From the NCBI GenBank assembly GCA_963667205.1, contig OY762959.1, forward strand, positions 680,857 to 744,856: a DNA stretch of 64,000 nt, given 5' to 3'. The position numbers and the translations under genes are program-made. Position 1 is the first letter of the stretch, and the number at the start of each line of letters is the position of its first letter. The DNA comes from Dehalococcoidia bacterium. GTDB lineage: Bacteria > Chloroflexota > Dehalococcoidia > SM23-28-2 > RBG-16-64-32. The notes beneath the pieces are model-generated. The model ran no database searches and was not told the DNA's origin. It saw nothing but the letters and a program-made list of their open reading frames with translations. Below are positions 49,120 through 59,339 of the stretch, piece after piece.

Positions 49120-50081
49120 TCTATGCACTGGTACTGGGAGCGATAACGTTGGCAGCTACGGTGGCGGCGGGATACCCGGCGGTGGCGCTTCTGCGCGGAA
49201 GCAACGTCGGCAAGGAGATCAGTGAGTGGGCGCCGGCGACGCACCAGGCGAAGGCCGGCACGCCGACGATGGGCGGACTGCTGATCGTGCTGGCGATCGC
49301 GGCCTCCACGCTGGCGGCGAACTTCTTCGGGCGCTACTCCATCGGCCTGCCGCTGGTGGTCGGCGGCAGTCTCGCCGCGGTGGGCTTCCTCGACGACTTG
49401 GGATCGCTGCAGGGGCGGCGCCAGGCGGCGCTCCAGCGACGGGTGAAGCTGTTGGCGTTCATCGCCATCGGCGTCGGGGCGGCGATCGGTCTGTACGAGT
49501 TCCTAGAGCTGCGGGCGGTCAACGTGCCGTACGAAGGCGCTCACGACCTCGGCTGGGTTTACGTGCCGATCGCCATCGGCGTCGTCGTGCTGACAGCGGG
49601 CGGCGTCGCCGTCACGGACGGCCTCGATGGACTGGCGGCCGGGGCGCTGGCGATCGCGTTTTTCGCTTACGGCATCCTGGCGCTGCACCAGGAGCAGACA
49701 TATCTGGGCGCGTTCAGCTTTACCGCCGCGGCCGCCTGCGCCGGCTTCCTCTGGCACAACGCCCACCCGGCGCGCGTGTTCATGGGCGATACAGGCGCGC
49801 TGGCGCTGGGCGGCGCGCTCGCCGTCGTCGCCTTCATGACGGGCCAGTGGCTCGTCCTACCTCTGATCGGGATCATCTTCGTGATCGAAGGCGCCTCCGT
49901 CGGCCTGCAGGTCGCCTACTTCCAGCTCACCGGCGGCAAGCGCATCTTCCGCAAGACGCCGATCCACCACCACTTCGAGGAGGGCGGCTGGAGCGAGGTG
50001 CAAACGACGCTCCGCTTCTGGGTCGTCGGCCTGCTGGGCGCGCTCGTCGGCGTTGCGCTGGCGCTGGAGGTCTACTCGTGA
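49116..50081 (+). CDS. mraY: Phospho-N-acetylmuramoyl-pentapeptide transferase MraY
   Basis: 10 TMs. ..KAGTPTMGGLLI.., ..DDLDGLAAG.., ..HHHFE... Confidence 0.95.
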   Translation: MIYALVLGAITLAATVAAGYPAVALLRGSNVGKEISEWAPATHQAKAGTPTMGGLLIVLAIAASTLAANFFGRYSIGLPLVVGGSLAAVGFLDDLGSLQGRRQAALQRRVKLLAFIAIGVGAAIGLYEFLELRAVNVPYEGAHDLGWVYVPIAIGVVVLTAGGVAVTDGLDGLAAGALAIAFFAYGILALHQEQTYLGAFSFTAAAACAGFLWHNAHPARVFMGDTGALALGGALAVVAFMTGQWLVLPLIGIIFVIEGASVGLQVAYFQLTGGKRIFRKTPIHHHFEEGGWSEVQTTLRFWVVGLLGALVGVALALEVYS

Positions 50082-51469
50082 TCGACACGCGCCGCCTGCT
50101 GGAGTTCGACTTCACTCACAAGCGCGTGACGGTCGTCGGCCTGGGCGTCGAGGGAGTCGACATGGTGCGCTTCCTCTCGCGCCATCACGCCGAGGTGACC
50201 GTCTCCGACTCGAAGCCCCGAGAGCGGCTGGCGGAGCGGCTGCGTGACGTCGAGCGGCTGGGCGTGAACCTGTCGCTCGGCACGAACGACGCAACAGCGA
50301 TCGCGGAGGCGGAGGCGCTTTTCGTGTCGCAGGTCGAGCCGCTGGACCTGCCACCGCTGCAGACGGCGCGCGACCAGGGCGTGCAGATCATCTCGATGGT
50401 CGGCCTATTCTTCGAGCTCTGCCCGGGGCCGATCGTCGGCATCACGGGATCGAGCGGCAAGTCGACGACGACGATGCTCGTCAACGAGATGCTGAAGGCA
50501 GACGACCGCGACATCTTCGTCGGCGGCAACATCGGCGTCGGCCTGCTCGACCACTTGGATGACATCCGTCCGTACACGTGGTCCGTGCTGGAAGTCAGCC
50601 ACACGCAGCTGCAGCTCGTGGAGCGCAGCCCGCACGTCGCCGCTGTGCTCAACATCACGCCGAACCACCTGGACCGCTTCGACTGGGACGACTACCGGGC
50701 GCTCAAGGCCCGCATTCTGGCCTTCCAGGAGGCGGGCGACATCGCCGTGCTGGGTTACGACAACGCCGAGACGCGATCGCTGGCGGAGCAGGTGCACGGG
50801 CGGCTCGTCTGGTTCAGCATGTCGGACACCGCACCGGGCGATGCGGTCTTCGTCCGCGACGGCACGGCGGTCCGGCGCTGGAACGGCAACGAACAGCCGC
50901 TCTTCGCCCTCGACGACGTGCGATTGCGGGGCGAACACAACCGCGAGAACGCGATCGCCGCGGCAGCCATCGCGTTGGCCTGCGGCGCATCGCCCGCGGC
51001 TGTCGCGATCGGCCTGCGCTCGTTTGCGGGCATCGAGCACCGGCTGGAGTTCGTCGCCGAAGCCGGCGGCGTCTCCTACTACAACGACAGCATCGCCACG
51101 ACACCGGAGCGCACGCTTGCCGGCATCCGCTCGTTTGACCAGCCGATCGTGCTGCTTCTGGGCGGGCGCGACAAGGAGCTGCCGCTGGAAGCGCTGGCCG
51201 CCGAGGCGCAGGAGCGCTGCCGCGCCACCGTCCTGTTCGGCGAGGCGGCCGGCAAGCTGCAGGACGCACTGGCAGCGGCCGGCAATCTGCAGACGGTCCG
51301 CGTTGAAACGCTCGAGGAGGCGGTGCAGGCAGCCGCCGGACTGGCGCAGACGGGCGACGTCGTTCTCATGTCGCCGGCCTGCACGAGCTACGACGCTTAC
51401 GACAACTTCGAACAACGCGGGAACCACTTCCGCCGGCTGGTCAGCGGCCTTCACGAGGCGCAGCCATAG
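50078..51469 (+). CDS. murD: UDP-MurNAc-L-Ala--D-Glu ligase MurD
   Basis: GTG overlaps the mraY TGA (GTGA). ..VTVVGLGVEGVDMVRFL.. Rossmann, P-loop GITGSSGKSTTT. The 747-aa track ORF 49226..51469 is a read-through of the mraY alternate frame. Confidence 0.9.
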   Translation: MIDTRRLLEFDFTHKRVTVVGLGVEGVDMVRFLSRHHAEVTVSDSKPRERLAERLRDVERLGVNLSLGTNDATAIAEAEALFVSQVEPLDLPPLQTARDQGVQIISMVGLFFELCPGPIVGITGSSGKSTTTMLVNEMLKADDRDIFVGGNIGVGLLDHLDDIRPYTWSVLEVSHTQLQLVERSPHVAAVLNITPNHLDRFDWDDYRALKARILAFQEAGDIAVLGYDNAETRSLAEQVHGRLVWFSMSDTAPGDAVFVRDGTAVRRWNGNEQPLFALDDVRLRGEHNRENAIAAAAIALACGASPAAVAIGLRSFAGIEHRLEFVAEAGGVSYYNDSIATTPERTLAGIRSFDQPIVLLLGGRDKELPLEALAAEAQERCRATVLFGEAAGKLQDALAAAGNLQTVRVETLEEAVQAAAGLAQTGDVVLMSPACTSYDAYDNFEQRGNHFRRLVSGLHEAQP

Positions 51470-51480
51470 ACGCCGAGCGC

Positions 51481-52683
51481 GTGCGCGCGGGCAGCCTGCG
51501 CGCCGGACGGCCGGACTACCACCTAACGGTGGCGACGGCGATGCTGCTGATCGCCGGCCTCCTGACGGTCTACACCTCTAGCTTCGCGGTGGCCTACCAC
51601 GAGTTCGGCGACCCGAACTACTTCGTGGCACGGCAGGCAGTGTTCGCGCTGGTGGGCGTGGCGGCGCTGGTGTTCTTCATGCGCCTCGACTACAACCGGC
51701 TGCGCACGCTGAGCGTGCCGATGCTGGTGCTCGCGCTGATCGGTCTGTTGCTTGTGCTGTCACCGCTGGGAGTCGAGCGCAACGGCGCAGCGCGCTGGCT
51801 CGCCTTCGGGCCGTTGTCGCTGCAGCCGAGCGAGTTCGCCAAGCTGGCGGTGATCGTCTACGTGGCGGCCTGGCTGGCGAGCCGCGGGCAGGACGTCAAG
51901 GAGTTCTCGCTGGGGTTCGTGCCGTTCGTGCTTCTGCTGAGCGTCGTCGGGGCGCTGATCATCGCAGAGCCGGACATGGGAACGACGGTGATCATCGTCC
52001 TCGTCGCCTGCACGCTGTTCTTCGTCGCCGGGGCGCCGATCACGCACCTGGCGCTCCTCCTCGGCGCGGGCAGCGCGCTGAGCTACCTGGTGATCACGAC
52101 GCGCGACTATCAGCTCGACCGGCTGGCGAGCTTCATCCGGCCGGAGGACGATCCGGAGGGGTTCGGCTTCCAGATCATCCAGCTGCTGATAGCGCTGGGA
52201 AGTGGGGGGGCGGTCGGCATCGGCTGGGCTGAGAGCCGCCAGAAGCACCTCTACCTGCCCGGCGCGCACACGGACGGCGTCTTCGCCATCCTGGGCGAGG
52301 AGATCGGCTTCATCGGGCTCATGGGTGTGATGTCGCTGTTCGGCTTCTTCGTCTACCGCGCGCTGCGGGTGACGCTCAAGTCGAACGACAACTTCGCGCT
52401 CTTGCTGGGCGTCGGGATAATCGCCTGGATCTCGTACCAAACGCTGATCAACATCGCCGGGATCACGCGCACGATCCCCCTGACGGGAGTGCCGCTGCCG
52501 TTCTTGAGCTACGGTGGCTCGGCGCTGATTAGCCTGATGGCCGGCGTCGGCATCCTGCTCAGCGTCTCACGCTATTCGAACGATGTAACGTATCGCGAGC
52601 GGAAGAAGCCGAAAACGCGGGCGACCGCGCGTGCGCCGGGCGGCAGGCAACGCAGGCCGGCCTTCGAAAGGGGGCCGGCGTGA
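51481..52683 (+). CDS. ftsW: Peptidoglycan glycosyltransferase FtsW (SEDS family)
   Basis: FtsW/RodA/SpoVE-like, 10 TMs. Position between murD and murG. Confidence 0.9.
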   Translation: MRAGSLRAGRPDYHLTVATAMLLIAGLLTVYTSSFAVAYHEFGDPNYFVARQAVFALVGVAALVFFMRLDYNRLRTLSVPMLVLALIGLLLVLSPLGVERNGAARWLAFGPLSLQPSEFAKLAVIVYVAAWLASRGQDVKEFSLGFVPFVLLLSVVGALIIAEPDMGTTVIIVLVACTLFFVAGAPITHLALLLGAGSALSYLVITTRDYQLDRLASFIRPEDDPEGFGFQIIQLLIALGSGGAVGIGWAESRQKHLYLPGAHTDGVFAILGEEIGFIGLMGVMSLFGFFVYRALRVTLKSNDNFALLLGVGIIAWISYQTLINIAGITRTIPLTGVPLPFLSYGGSALISLMAGVGILLSVSRYSNDVTYRERKKPKTRATARAPGGRQRRPAFERGPA

Positions 52684-53789
52684 GGCTGGTCCTGAGCGGC
52701 GGCGGCACGGGCGGACACGTCTACCCGGCGCTGAGCGTCGCGGAAGCCGTGCGCGAGCACCTGCCGGCCGGCGAAGAGCTGGACCTGCTGTACGTCGGCA
52801 CGCTGGCGGGCAACGAGTCGCAGATCGTCGAGCGCGCCGCGATCCCGTTTCGGGACGTCAGCGCGGCGCCGATCCGGGGCCGCATGCCCTGGCAGATGGC
52901 GGCCAACGCGGCGAAGATCGCCGCCGGCGCGCGACAGGCCCGCAGCATCCTCGGCGATTTCGGGCCGCAAGTCGTGTTCTCGACCGGCGGCTACGCCAGC
53001 ATTCCCGTGGCGCTGGCCGCTCGTGGGCGCAAGATCCCGCTGGCAGTCTACCTCCCGGATCTTAGCCCCGGCTGGGCCGTGCGGGCGATCGCCCGGCTCG
53101 CCCAGCGCGTCGCCGCCACCGCGATCGAAAGCCTGCGCCGCCTGCCGGCTGACAAGACGATCGTCACCGGCTACCCGGTGCGCAGTGAGTTCTACCGCGT
53201 CGACCGCCTGGGCGGACGTGAGCGGCTGGGACTGAGCCCGGAGGAGAAAGTGCTGTTCATCGGCGGCGGGTCGACGGGAGCGCAGCGCATCAACCGCGCG
53301 ATCGCGGCCGAGATTTCGGGCCTGCTTGAGTTATGTGAAGTCATCCACGTCTCCGGGCCGGGCGACGAGCCCTCGCTGCGAGAGATCAAGGAAGGCCTGC
53401 CCGACGGGTTGCGCAACCGCTACCACCTCTACGGCTACATGCACGACGAGATGCCGTGGGCGATGGCCGCCGCTGACCTGGCGGTCTGCCGCTCCGGTGC
53501 GTCCGTCATCGGCGAGCTGCCAGCGCTGGGACTGCCGGCGGTGCTGGTGCCTCTGCCGCTAGCCGGGGCGCACCAGCGCACCAACGCCCGCTATCTGGAG
53601 AAGCACGGTGCGGCGGCGATCCTGGAAGAAGACGGCCTGACCGACGTCCTGCCCTTCGTCGGCTCGCTGCTGCACGACGAAGCGCGCCTGCGCGAGATGC
53701 GAGACGCCTCCCGCCGGCTGGCGCGCCCGAACGCCTCAGCGCGCATCGCCAGCGTGATCATGGAGCTGGCGAAGGAGCCGGCGCTATGA
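52680..53789 (+). CDS. murG: UDP-GlcNAc--lipid I N-acetylglucosaminyltransferase MurG
   Basis: ..LSGGGTGGHVYPAL.. G-loop, GT28 C-domain. Confidence 0.9.
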   Translation: MRLVLSGGGTGGHVYPALSVAEAVREHLPAGEELDLLYVGTLAGNESQIVERAAIPFRDVSAAPIRGRMPWQMAANAAKIAAGARQARSILGDFGPQVVFSTGGYASIPVALAARGRKIPLAVYLPDLSPGWAVRAIARLAQRVAATAIESLRRLPADKTIVTGYPVRSEFYRVDRLGGRERLGLSPEEKVLFIGGGSTGAQRINRAIAAEISGLLELCEVIHVSGPGDEPSLREIKEGLPDGLRNRYHLYGYMHDEMPWAMAAADLAVCRSGASVIGELPALGLPAVLVPLPLAGAHQRTNARYLEKHGAAAILEEDGLTDVLPFVGSLLHDEARLREMRDASRRLARPNASARIASVIMELAKEPAL

Positions 53790-55237
53790 CACACGTCGCC
53801 GAGCGGGCGATACCCGACCGCGTACACCTCGTCGGAGTCGGCGGCATCCACATGTCGGGCATCGCCCAGATCCTGCGCGCCCGCGGGCACGCGGTGAGCG
53901 GCTCCGACCTGCAGTTGACGCCTCTCACCCGCAAGCTCGAAGACCTCGGCGTGACCGTTCACGAAGGCCACGCCCGCGAGAACATCGACGAGGCCGGCCT
54001 CGTCGTCTACACGTCGGCGGCGCAGGCGGACAACCCGGAGCTGGCGGCAGCGCGCGAGCGCGGCGTGGAGACGATCAAGCGCGCGGAGATGGTGGCGGTG
54101 CTGCAGCAGGGCAAGCAGGTCGTTGCCGTCGCCGGCGCGCACGGCAAGACGACGACGTCGTCGCTCATCGCCTGGGTCCTGCACGAGGCGGGCCTTTCGC
54201 CGACGATCATGCTGGGCGGCGAGATGAAGAACCTGCACACGAACGCCCTGCCCGGCGACGGCCCGCACTTCGTCGTCGAGGCGGACGAGTACGATCGCGC
54301 GTTCCTCAACTACCACCCGTACATCGCCGTCGTGACGAACGTCGAGCCGGACCACCTGGACATCTACGGCTCATTTGAGGAGCTGCAGAAGGCATACGCG
54401 CAGTTCCTCACTCAAGTTGACACTTCCGGTTTTATCGTTGCCTGCTTGGATTCCCCCCCCTTGCAGGCGTGCCTGTCCCAAAGACAGGCGAACCTCCCCG
54501 TGACTGTAGGAGACGACGTGACACTCCCCGTCCACGTCGTCTCCTACAGTCACATCTCTGCGGACGCCGACTGGCACGCGGAGATCGCCCCGCGTAGTCC
54601 ACAAGAAGAACGGCGAAGGGGTATAGACGGTTCAACGTTTGTGGTACGCTTCCGAAAACAGCTCTGGGGGGAGTTTGTGACGCAACTAGCAGGCGTGCAT
54701 AACGTAAGCAACTGCCTGGCAGCGATTGCCGTGGGCGAAATCCTCGGTGTCCCCAGGGACACCGTGAGGGGAGCCGTCGCCTCGTTTACCGGCACCTCCC
54801 ACCGCTTCGAATACATCGGCGAGGCCGCCGGCGTCACAATCATGGACGACTACGCACATCATCCGACCGAAATCCGCGCCTCCCTGGCAGCGGCACGCAC
54901 CCGTTTCCCCGGCCGGCGGCTCGTCGTCCTCTTCCAGCCGCACACTTACACCCGTACTTCGTACCTCCTGGAGGGCTTCCGCGACTGCTTTGGCGACGCC
55001 GACGCGCTCTACCTAGCGGATACCTACGCAGCGCGCGAGGACCCGGCGCAGGGCATGGACGCCGAAACGCTGGCCGGCGAGATCAGCCACGCGCGCGCCG
55101 TCTACGCCGGACCGGTCGCCGAGGCGGCCGCTGTCGTCGCCGACGCCCTGACGGAGGGCGACGTTTTCTTCACGGTCGGCGCGGGCGACGTCGAGAAAGC
55201 CGGCCCGCTGGTGCTGGAGGCGCTCAAGAAGCGATGA
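53786..55237 (+). CDS. murC: UDP-MurNAc--L-Ala ligase MurC (contains low-GC mosaic segment about 54370-54990)
   Basis: ..VHLVGVGGIHMSGIAQIL.., P-loop GAHGKTTTSSL. The interior segment has about 50% GC and rare codons (ATA, GTA, TTT, AAA), whereas the flanks are about 70%. Confidence 0.9.
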   Translation: MTHVAERAIPDRVHLVGVGGIHMSGIAQILRARGHAVSGSDLQLTPLTRKLEDLGVTVHEGHARENIDEAGLVVYTSAAQADNPELAAARERGVETIKRAEMVAVLQQGKQVVAVAGAHGKTTTSSLIAWVLHEAGLSPTIMLGGEMKNLHTNALPGDGPHFVVEADEYDRAFLNYHPYIAVVTNVEPDHLDIYGSFEELQKAYAQFLTQVDTSGFIVACLDSPPLQACLSQRQANLPVTVGDDVTLPVHVVSYSHISADADWHAEIAPRSPQEERRRGIDGSTFVVRFRKQLWGEFVTQLAGVHNVSNCLAAIAVGEILGVPRDTVRGAVASFTGTSHRFEYIGEAAGVTIMDDYAHHPTEIRASLAAARTRFPGRRLVVLFQPHTYTRTSYLLEGFRDCFGDADALYLADTYAAREDPAQGMDAETLAGEISHARAVYAGPVAEAAAVVADALTEGDVFFTVGAGDVEKAGPLVLEALKKR

Positions 55238-56154
55238 GCGACGAACTGGCGGCGGAGCTGGGCCGGATCGCGCCCGTCAAACGTGACGAGCCGATGTCAC
55301 GGCACGTCACGTTCGGCGTCGGCGGACCGGCGGATCTGTTCGTCTCCATCAAGAGCGAGGAGAAGCTTCGACAGGCGTTTGTGAGCGGCAAGCAGCACGG
55401 CGCGCCCGTCTACATCTTCGGCGCCGGCTCCAACATCCTCGTGGGCGACGGTGGCATCCGCGGCCTCGTGATCGATAACCAGCACGCGGCGCTCGGCGAG
55501 CCGTGGCAGAACGGCGTCGGACCGCGGGTGAACGCCGGCAGCGGCCTCTCCTTCGCGACTCTGGCGCGGCGGCTAGCGAACGCCGGCTACGGCGGCGTCG
55601 AATGGGCCTGCGGAATTCCCGGCAGCCTGGGCGGCGCTGTCGTCTCCAACGCCGGCGCCTACGGCCGCTCCCTGGGCGACGTGCTCATCAGCGCCCGCCT
55701 CGCGAACGCCGAGGGTGAGGTGAGCGAACTCTCAGCGGACGACCTGCAGCTCGAGTACCGCATCAGTGCGATGGCCACCGGCACGATCGGCGAGAGCGCG
55801 GTGCTCTCGGTGGAAATGCGCCTGGAGAAGGGTGAGGCGGCGGCGCTCAAAGAGACGATCCGCCGCTACGACGAGCAGCGCAAGAGCGCGCAGCCGACAG
55901 GCCAGAACTGCGGCTCCGTCTTCAAGAACCCGCCGGACAAGGCGGCCTGGGAGTACGTCGACGCCGCCGGCTTGCGCGGCCAGCGGATCGGCAACGCCCA
56001 GATCTCGGAGCAGCACTCTAACTTCATTCTCAACCTCGGTGGCGCGACGGCCCGCGACATCACGGCGCTCATCGAACTGGCGCAGGGGAAGATCCGCGAG
56101 CAGACCGGCGTCGAGATGACGCCGGAAGTTGCCTTCGTGGGAGAGTTCGCATGA
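55234..56154 (+). CDS. murB: UDP-N-acetylenolpyruvoylglucosamine reductase MurB
   Basis: FAD-binding PCMH domain (..FGVGGPADLFV..), catalytic C-domain. 306 aa. Confidence 0.9.
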   Translation: MSDELAAELGRIAPVKRDEPMSRHVTFGVGGPADLFVSIKSEEKLRQAFVSGKQHGAPVYIFGAGSNILVGDGGIRGLVIDNQHAALGEPWQNGVGPRVNAGSGLSFATLARRLANAGYGGVEWACGIPGSLGGAVVSNAGAYGRSLGDVLISARLANAEGEVSELSADDLQLEYRISAMATGTIGESAVLSVEMRLEKGEAAALKETIRRYDEQRKSAQPTGQNCGSVFKNPPDKAAWEYVDAAGLRGQRIGNAQISEQHSNFILNLGGATARDITALIELAQGKIREQTGVEMTPEVAFVGEFA

Positions 56155-57227
56155 CGCCGCGATCGCGCAAGCTCAAAGTCGCGATCCTGTTCGGCGGCCG
56201 CTCCGTCGAGCACGAGGTGTCGGTCGTCTCGGCACAGGGCGTGATGGGGTCGATCGACGAGACGCGCTTCAAGGCGATCCCGATCGGCGTCACCCGGCAG
56301 GGCACATGGCTAACGCCGGCGCAGACGGAGCAAGCGCTGGTGCGCGTCCGGCAGGAGCGTCTGCGCACGCTGGACGAGCCGCTGGGCGAAGGTCTGCTCT
56401 ACCGGACGGCGGCGCTGGGAGCGCTGCGCCGCGTGGACATCGTCTTCCCGCTGATCCACGGCACGAACGGCGAGGACGGCACGCTGCAGGGTCTGCTGGA
56501 GATGGCCGGCGTGCCGTACGTCGGCGCCGGCGTCGCGGCCTCGGCGCTGGGCATGGACAAGGCGCTCCAGAAGACGTTCTTCCGCCACCACGACTTCCCC
56601 GTCGTCGCCGACGTCGAGATCAAGGCCAGCGACTGGACGCGGGACCGCGACGGCGCTCTGCGCGCGGCCGAAGCGACGATCGGTTACCCGGCGTTCGTGA
56701 AGCCGGCCAACGGCGGATCGAGCATCGGCACGTCGAAGGCGCGCTCGCGGGAGGACCTCGAGGGCTCGATCGCCGAGGCGTTCCGCTACGACCGCAAGGT
56801 GCTCGTCGAGGAGGCGCTGGACGGCCGCGAGGTGGAGGTGGCGGTGCTGGGCAACGACGAGCCGGAGGCCTCGCCGGTGGGTGAGATCACGTTTCAGTCG
56901 GAGTTCTACGACTATCGCGCCAAGTACGACGACCCGGCGACCGTCCTGCACATCCCGGCCGACATCCCGGCCGACGTCTCCGATCGGCTGAGAGAGACGG
57001 CGGTGGCTGCCTACAAGACGATCGATTGCGCCGGACTGGCGCGCGTCGACTTCTTCCTGGCGCCCGACGGCCGCTTCTTCCTCAACGAAGTGAACACGAT
57101 CCCCGGCTTCACTCCCATGAGCATGTACCCGAAGCTCTGGGAGCACGCCGGACTCACGTACCGCGAGCTAATCTCGCGGCTGATCGAGCTTGGCCTCGAG
57201 CGCTATCAGGAGAAGCCCCGTGGCTGA
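56151..57227 (+). CDS. ddl: D-alanine--D-alanine ligase
   Basis: ATP-grasp. ..VAILFGGRSVEHEVS.., ..EVNTIPGFT... Confidence 0.9.
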   Translation: MTPRSRKLKVAILFGGRSVEHEVSVVSAQGVMGSIDETRFKAIPIGVTRQGTWLTPAQTEQALVRVRQERLRTLDEPLGEGLLYRTAALGALRRVDIVFPLIHGTNGEDGTLQGLLEMAGVPYVGAGVAASALGMDKALQKTFFRHHDFPVVADVEIKASDWTRDRDGALRAAEATIGYPAFVKPANGGSSIGTSKARSREDLEGSIAEAFRYDRKVLVEEALDGREVEVAVLGNDEPEASPVGEITFQSEFYDYRAKYDDPATVLHIPADIPADVSDRLRETAVAAYKTIDCAGLARVDFFLAPDGRFFLNEVNTIPGFTPMSMYPKLWEHAGLTYRELISRLIELGLERYQEKPRG

Positions 57228-58020
57228 CGGCAGGCGGCGCGGCTCGCCGTTCTCCGGCAAGCAGCGGGCGAAGGCCGTTCGCGGCGAGGTGCTGCTGGAC
57301 GACCGCACGCAGCGGCGGCTTTCGCGCATTCGCTGGCGACGGATCGGGGTCGTGCTGGCGTTCGCCGGCGCCGTCGCCGGGCTCGTGGCACTTTACTTCT
57401 CGCCCGCGCTGCGGGTGCAGAAGGTCGAGGTGGGAGGCGCGACGACGGTCAGCGCGGCAGAGGTCGAGGCGTTGGCCAAACTGGACGGCGCATCGCTTCT
57501 AACGGCGGACCTGGGCGCCGCCGAATCGCGCGTCGAAGAGCTGGCGATGGTGAAAGAAGCGACGATCACGCACGGCTGGCCGCAGACGGTGCGCATCGCG
57601 GTCGTACAGCGCACACCATGGGCCGTCTGGCAGGCGGGCAGCAGAGCCTACACCGTCGACGAGGACGGCGTGGTGCTGGCCGCCGACGCGCCGGAAGGCG
57701 CACCGGTGATCAGCGTCGCCGGCTCCCACGTGGGCCTCGAGCCGGGGCAGAGCGTGGACCATGACGCCGTGACTCTGGCTCTCTCGCTGACACAGCGCTT
57801 GCCCGCTGAGCTGGAGCTGAGCGCCGCTGCGTTCGAGTGGGCCGGAGACAGCGGACTGACCCTCACGACAGACAGCGGCTACAGAGTCGTGCTCGGCGAC
57901 AGTCAGGACATGGACTACAAGCTTGCCGTCTGGGGAGAGATCGAAGCGGAGCTGGGCCGGGCGAGCATGACCGGCCACGTGCTGGACCTGCGCTTTGGAG
58001 ACAGGCCTTCGTTCCAATGA
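57220..58020 (+). CDS. ftsQ: Cell division protein FtsQ/DivIB
   Basis: GTG near the ddl stop (VADGRRR..). TM (IGVVLAFAGAVAGLVALYF) and POTRA (..LRVQKVEVGGATTVSAAEV..). The track ORF starts at TTG 57190. Coordinates are +/-1 because of a line-index ambiguity. Confidence 0.75.
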   Translation: MADGRRRGSPFSGKQRAKAVRGEVLLDDRTQRRLSRIRWRRIGVVLAFAGAVAGLVALYFSPALRVQKVEVGGATTVSAAEVEALAKLDGASLLTADLGAAESRVEELAMVKEATITHGWPQTVRIAVVQRTPWAVWQAGSRAYTVDEDGVVLAADAPEGAPVISVAGSHVGLEPGQSVDHDAVTLALSLTQRLPAELELSAAAFEWAGDSGLTLTTDSGYRVVLGDSQDMDYKLAVWGEIEAELGRASMTGHVLDLRFGDRPSFQ

Positions 58021-58039
58021 GACGAGTGGAGGTGATGCG

Positions 58040-59314
58040 GTGAACGACAACGTACTGGCCGCGATCGATGTGGGGAGCAGCAAGATCTGCACCCTCGTCG
58101 CGGAGGCCACGCCAGACGAGGACCTGCGTGTGCTGGGCATCGGCATCACGCCGGCGGACGGCGTCAAGAAGGGAATGGTGGACAACATCCAGGGCGCTAC
58201 GGCGGCGATCAAAGAATCGATCGAGCGGGCGGAGCGCTCCAGCGGGACGAAGATCGCTTCCGCCTACGTCAGCATCAGCGGAAACCACACGACATCGCTC
58301 AACAACCGCGGCATCTCGACGATCCCCGGCAAGCAGCGCCCAATCACAGAAGAAGACATCGAGCGGGCGCTGGAGGGCGCGCGCTCCCTGAGCCTGCCGA
58401 CGAACCGCGAGGTGCTGCACAGCATCGCCCGCTTCTTCGTCGTCGACGGTCAAGAGCAGGTGACGGACCCGGTGGGCATGTACGGCGGCCGGCTGGACAT
58501 GCCCACACACATCGTCACCGGCTCGGTGACGGCGATCCAGAACCTGACGCAGTGCGTCGAGGGCGCCGGTGTGCAGGTGGAGATGCTCGTCTTCTCGCCA
58601 CTGGCGGCCGCGGAGGCCGTACTTGAGGACGAGGAGAAGGAGCAGGGCGTCATCCTGGCCGACGTCGGCGGCGGCACGACGGAGATCGCCGTCTTCATGG
58701 AGGGCAGCGTCTTCCACACGACCGTCATCCCGGTGGGCGGCTACCAACTGACGCACGACTTGGTCGCCGGGCTGCGCGGGCCGTTCTCCCACATGGAGGA
58801 GCTGAAGCTGCGGTACGGCTCCTGCATGCCGAGCGGCATCGACGCCGAAGAGATCGTTGAGATGGAGGCGTTCGGCGGACAGCGCACGAAGGAGATATCG
58901 CGGCGGCGAATCGCCGAAATCCTGCAGGCGCGCATCGAGGAGATCCTGGAGATGATCTACATCGACGTTAAGCGCGCCGGCTTCGACGACATGGTCGCCG
59001 CCGGGCTTGTCTTCACGGGCGGCACGGCCGAACTGCGGGGGCTGATTGAGCTCTCTGAGGTGGTGCTGCGAATGCCGGTACGCACGGGTGTGCCGAAGAG
59101 CGTGCACGGCCTCTCCGACTCGCTGAACAGCCCGGCCTACGCGACCAGCGTCGGCCTGCTGCACTGGGCGGCGGCGGAGGAAAGCGCCGTCAGCAGCAAC
59201 GGGAACAGGAACGGGAACGGCCACCGCAGGCTGGACCTGAGGATGCCAGGCGTAAACCTGGGCGGCGTCGCCGGGGCCGCAGGCAAATGGATCAAGACTC
59301 TGATACCGAAGTGA
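58040..59314 (+). CDS. ftsA: Cell division protein FtsA
   Basis: GTG at 58040 ([20 protein letters not shown]..). Actin-like ATPase (..[12 protein letters not shown]..). Confidence 0.9.
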   Translation: MNDNVLAAIDVGSSKICTLVAEATPDEDLRVLGIGITPADGVKKGMVDNIQGATAAIKESIERAERSSGTKIASAYVSISGNHTTSLNNRGISTIPGKQRPITEEDIERALEGARSLSLPTNREVLHSIARFFVVDGQEQVTDPVGMYGGRLDMPTHIVTGSVTAIQNLTQCVEGAGVQVEMLVFSPLAAAEAVLEDEEKEQGVILADVGGGTTEIAVFMEGSVFHTTVIPVGGYQLTHDLVAGLRGPFSHMEELKLRYGSCMPSGIDAEEIVEMEAFGGQRTKEISRRRIAEILQARIEEILEMIYIDVKRAGFDDMVAAGLVFTGGTAELRGLIELSEVVLRMPVRTGVPKSVHGLSDSLNSPAYATSVGLLHWAAAEESAVSSNGNRNGNGHRRLDLRMPGVNLGGVAGAAGKWIKTLIPK

Positions 59315-59339
59315 ACGACCAGAGCGAAGGGAGGACCGC

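Noticed and set aside
49226-51469. 747-aa plus-strand ORF
   Set aside because: Its first third is an alternate frame of mraY (Arg/Gly-rich nonsense). Only the murD part from the GTG at 50078 is real.
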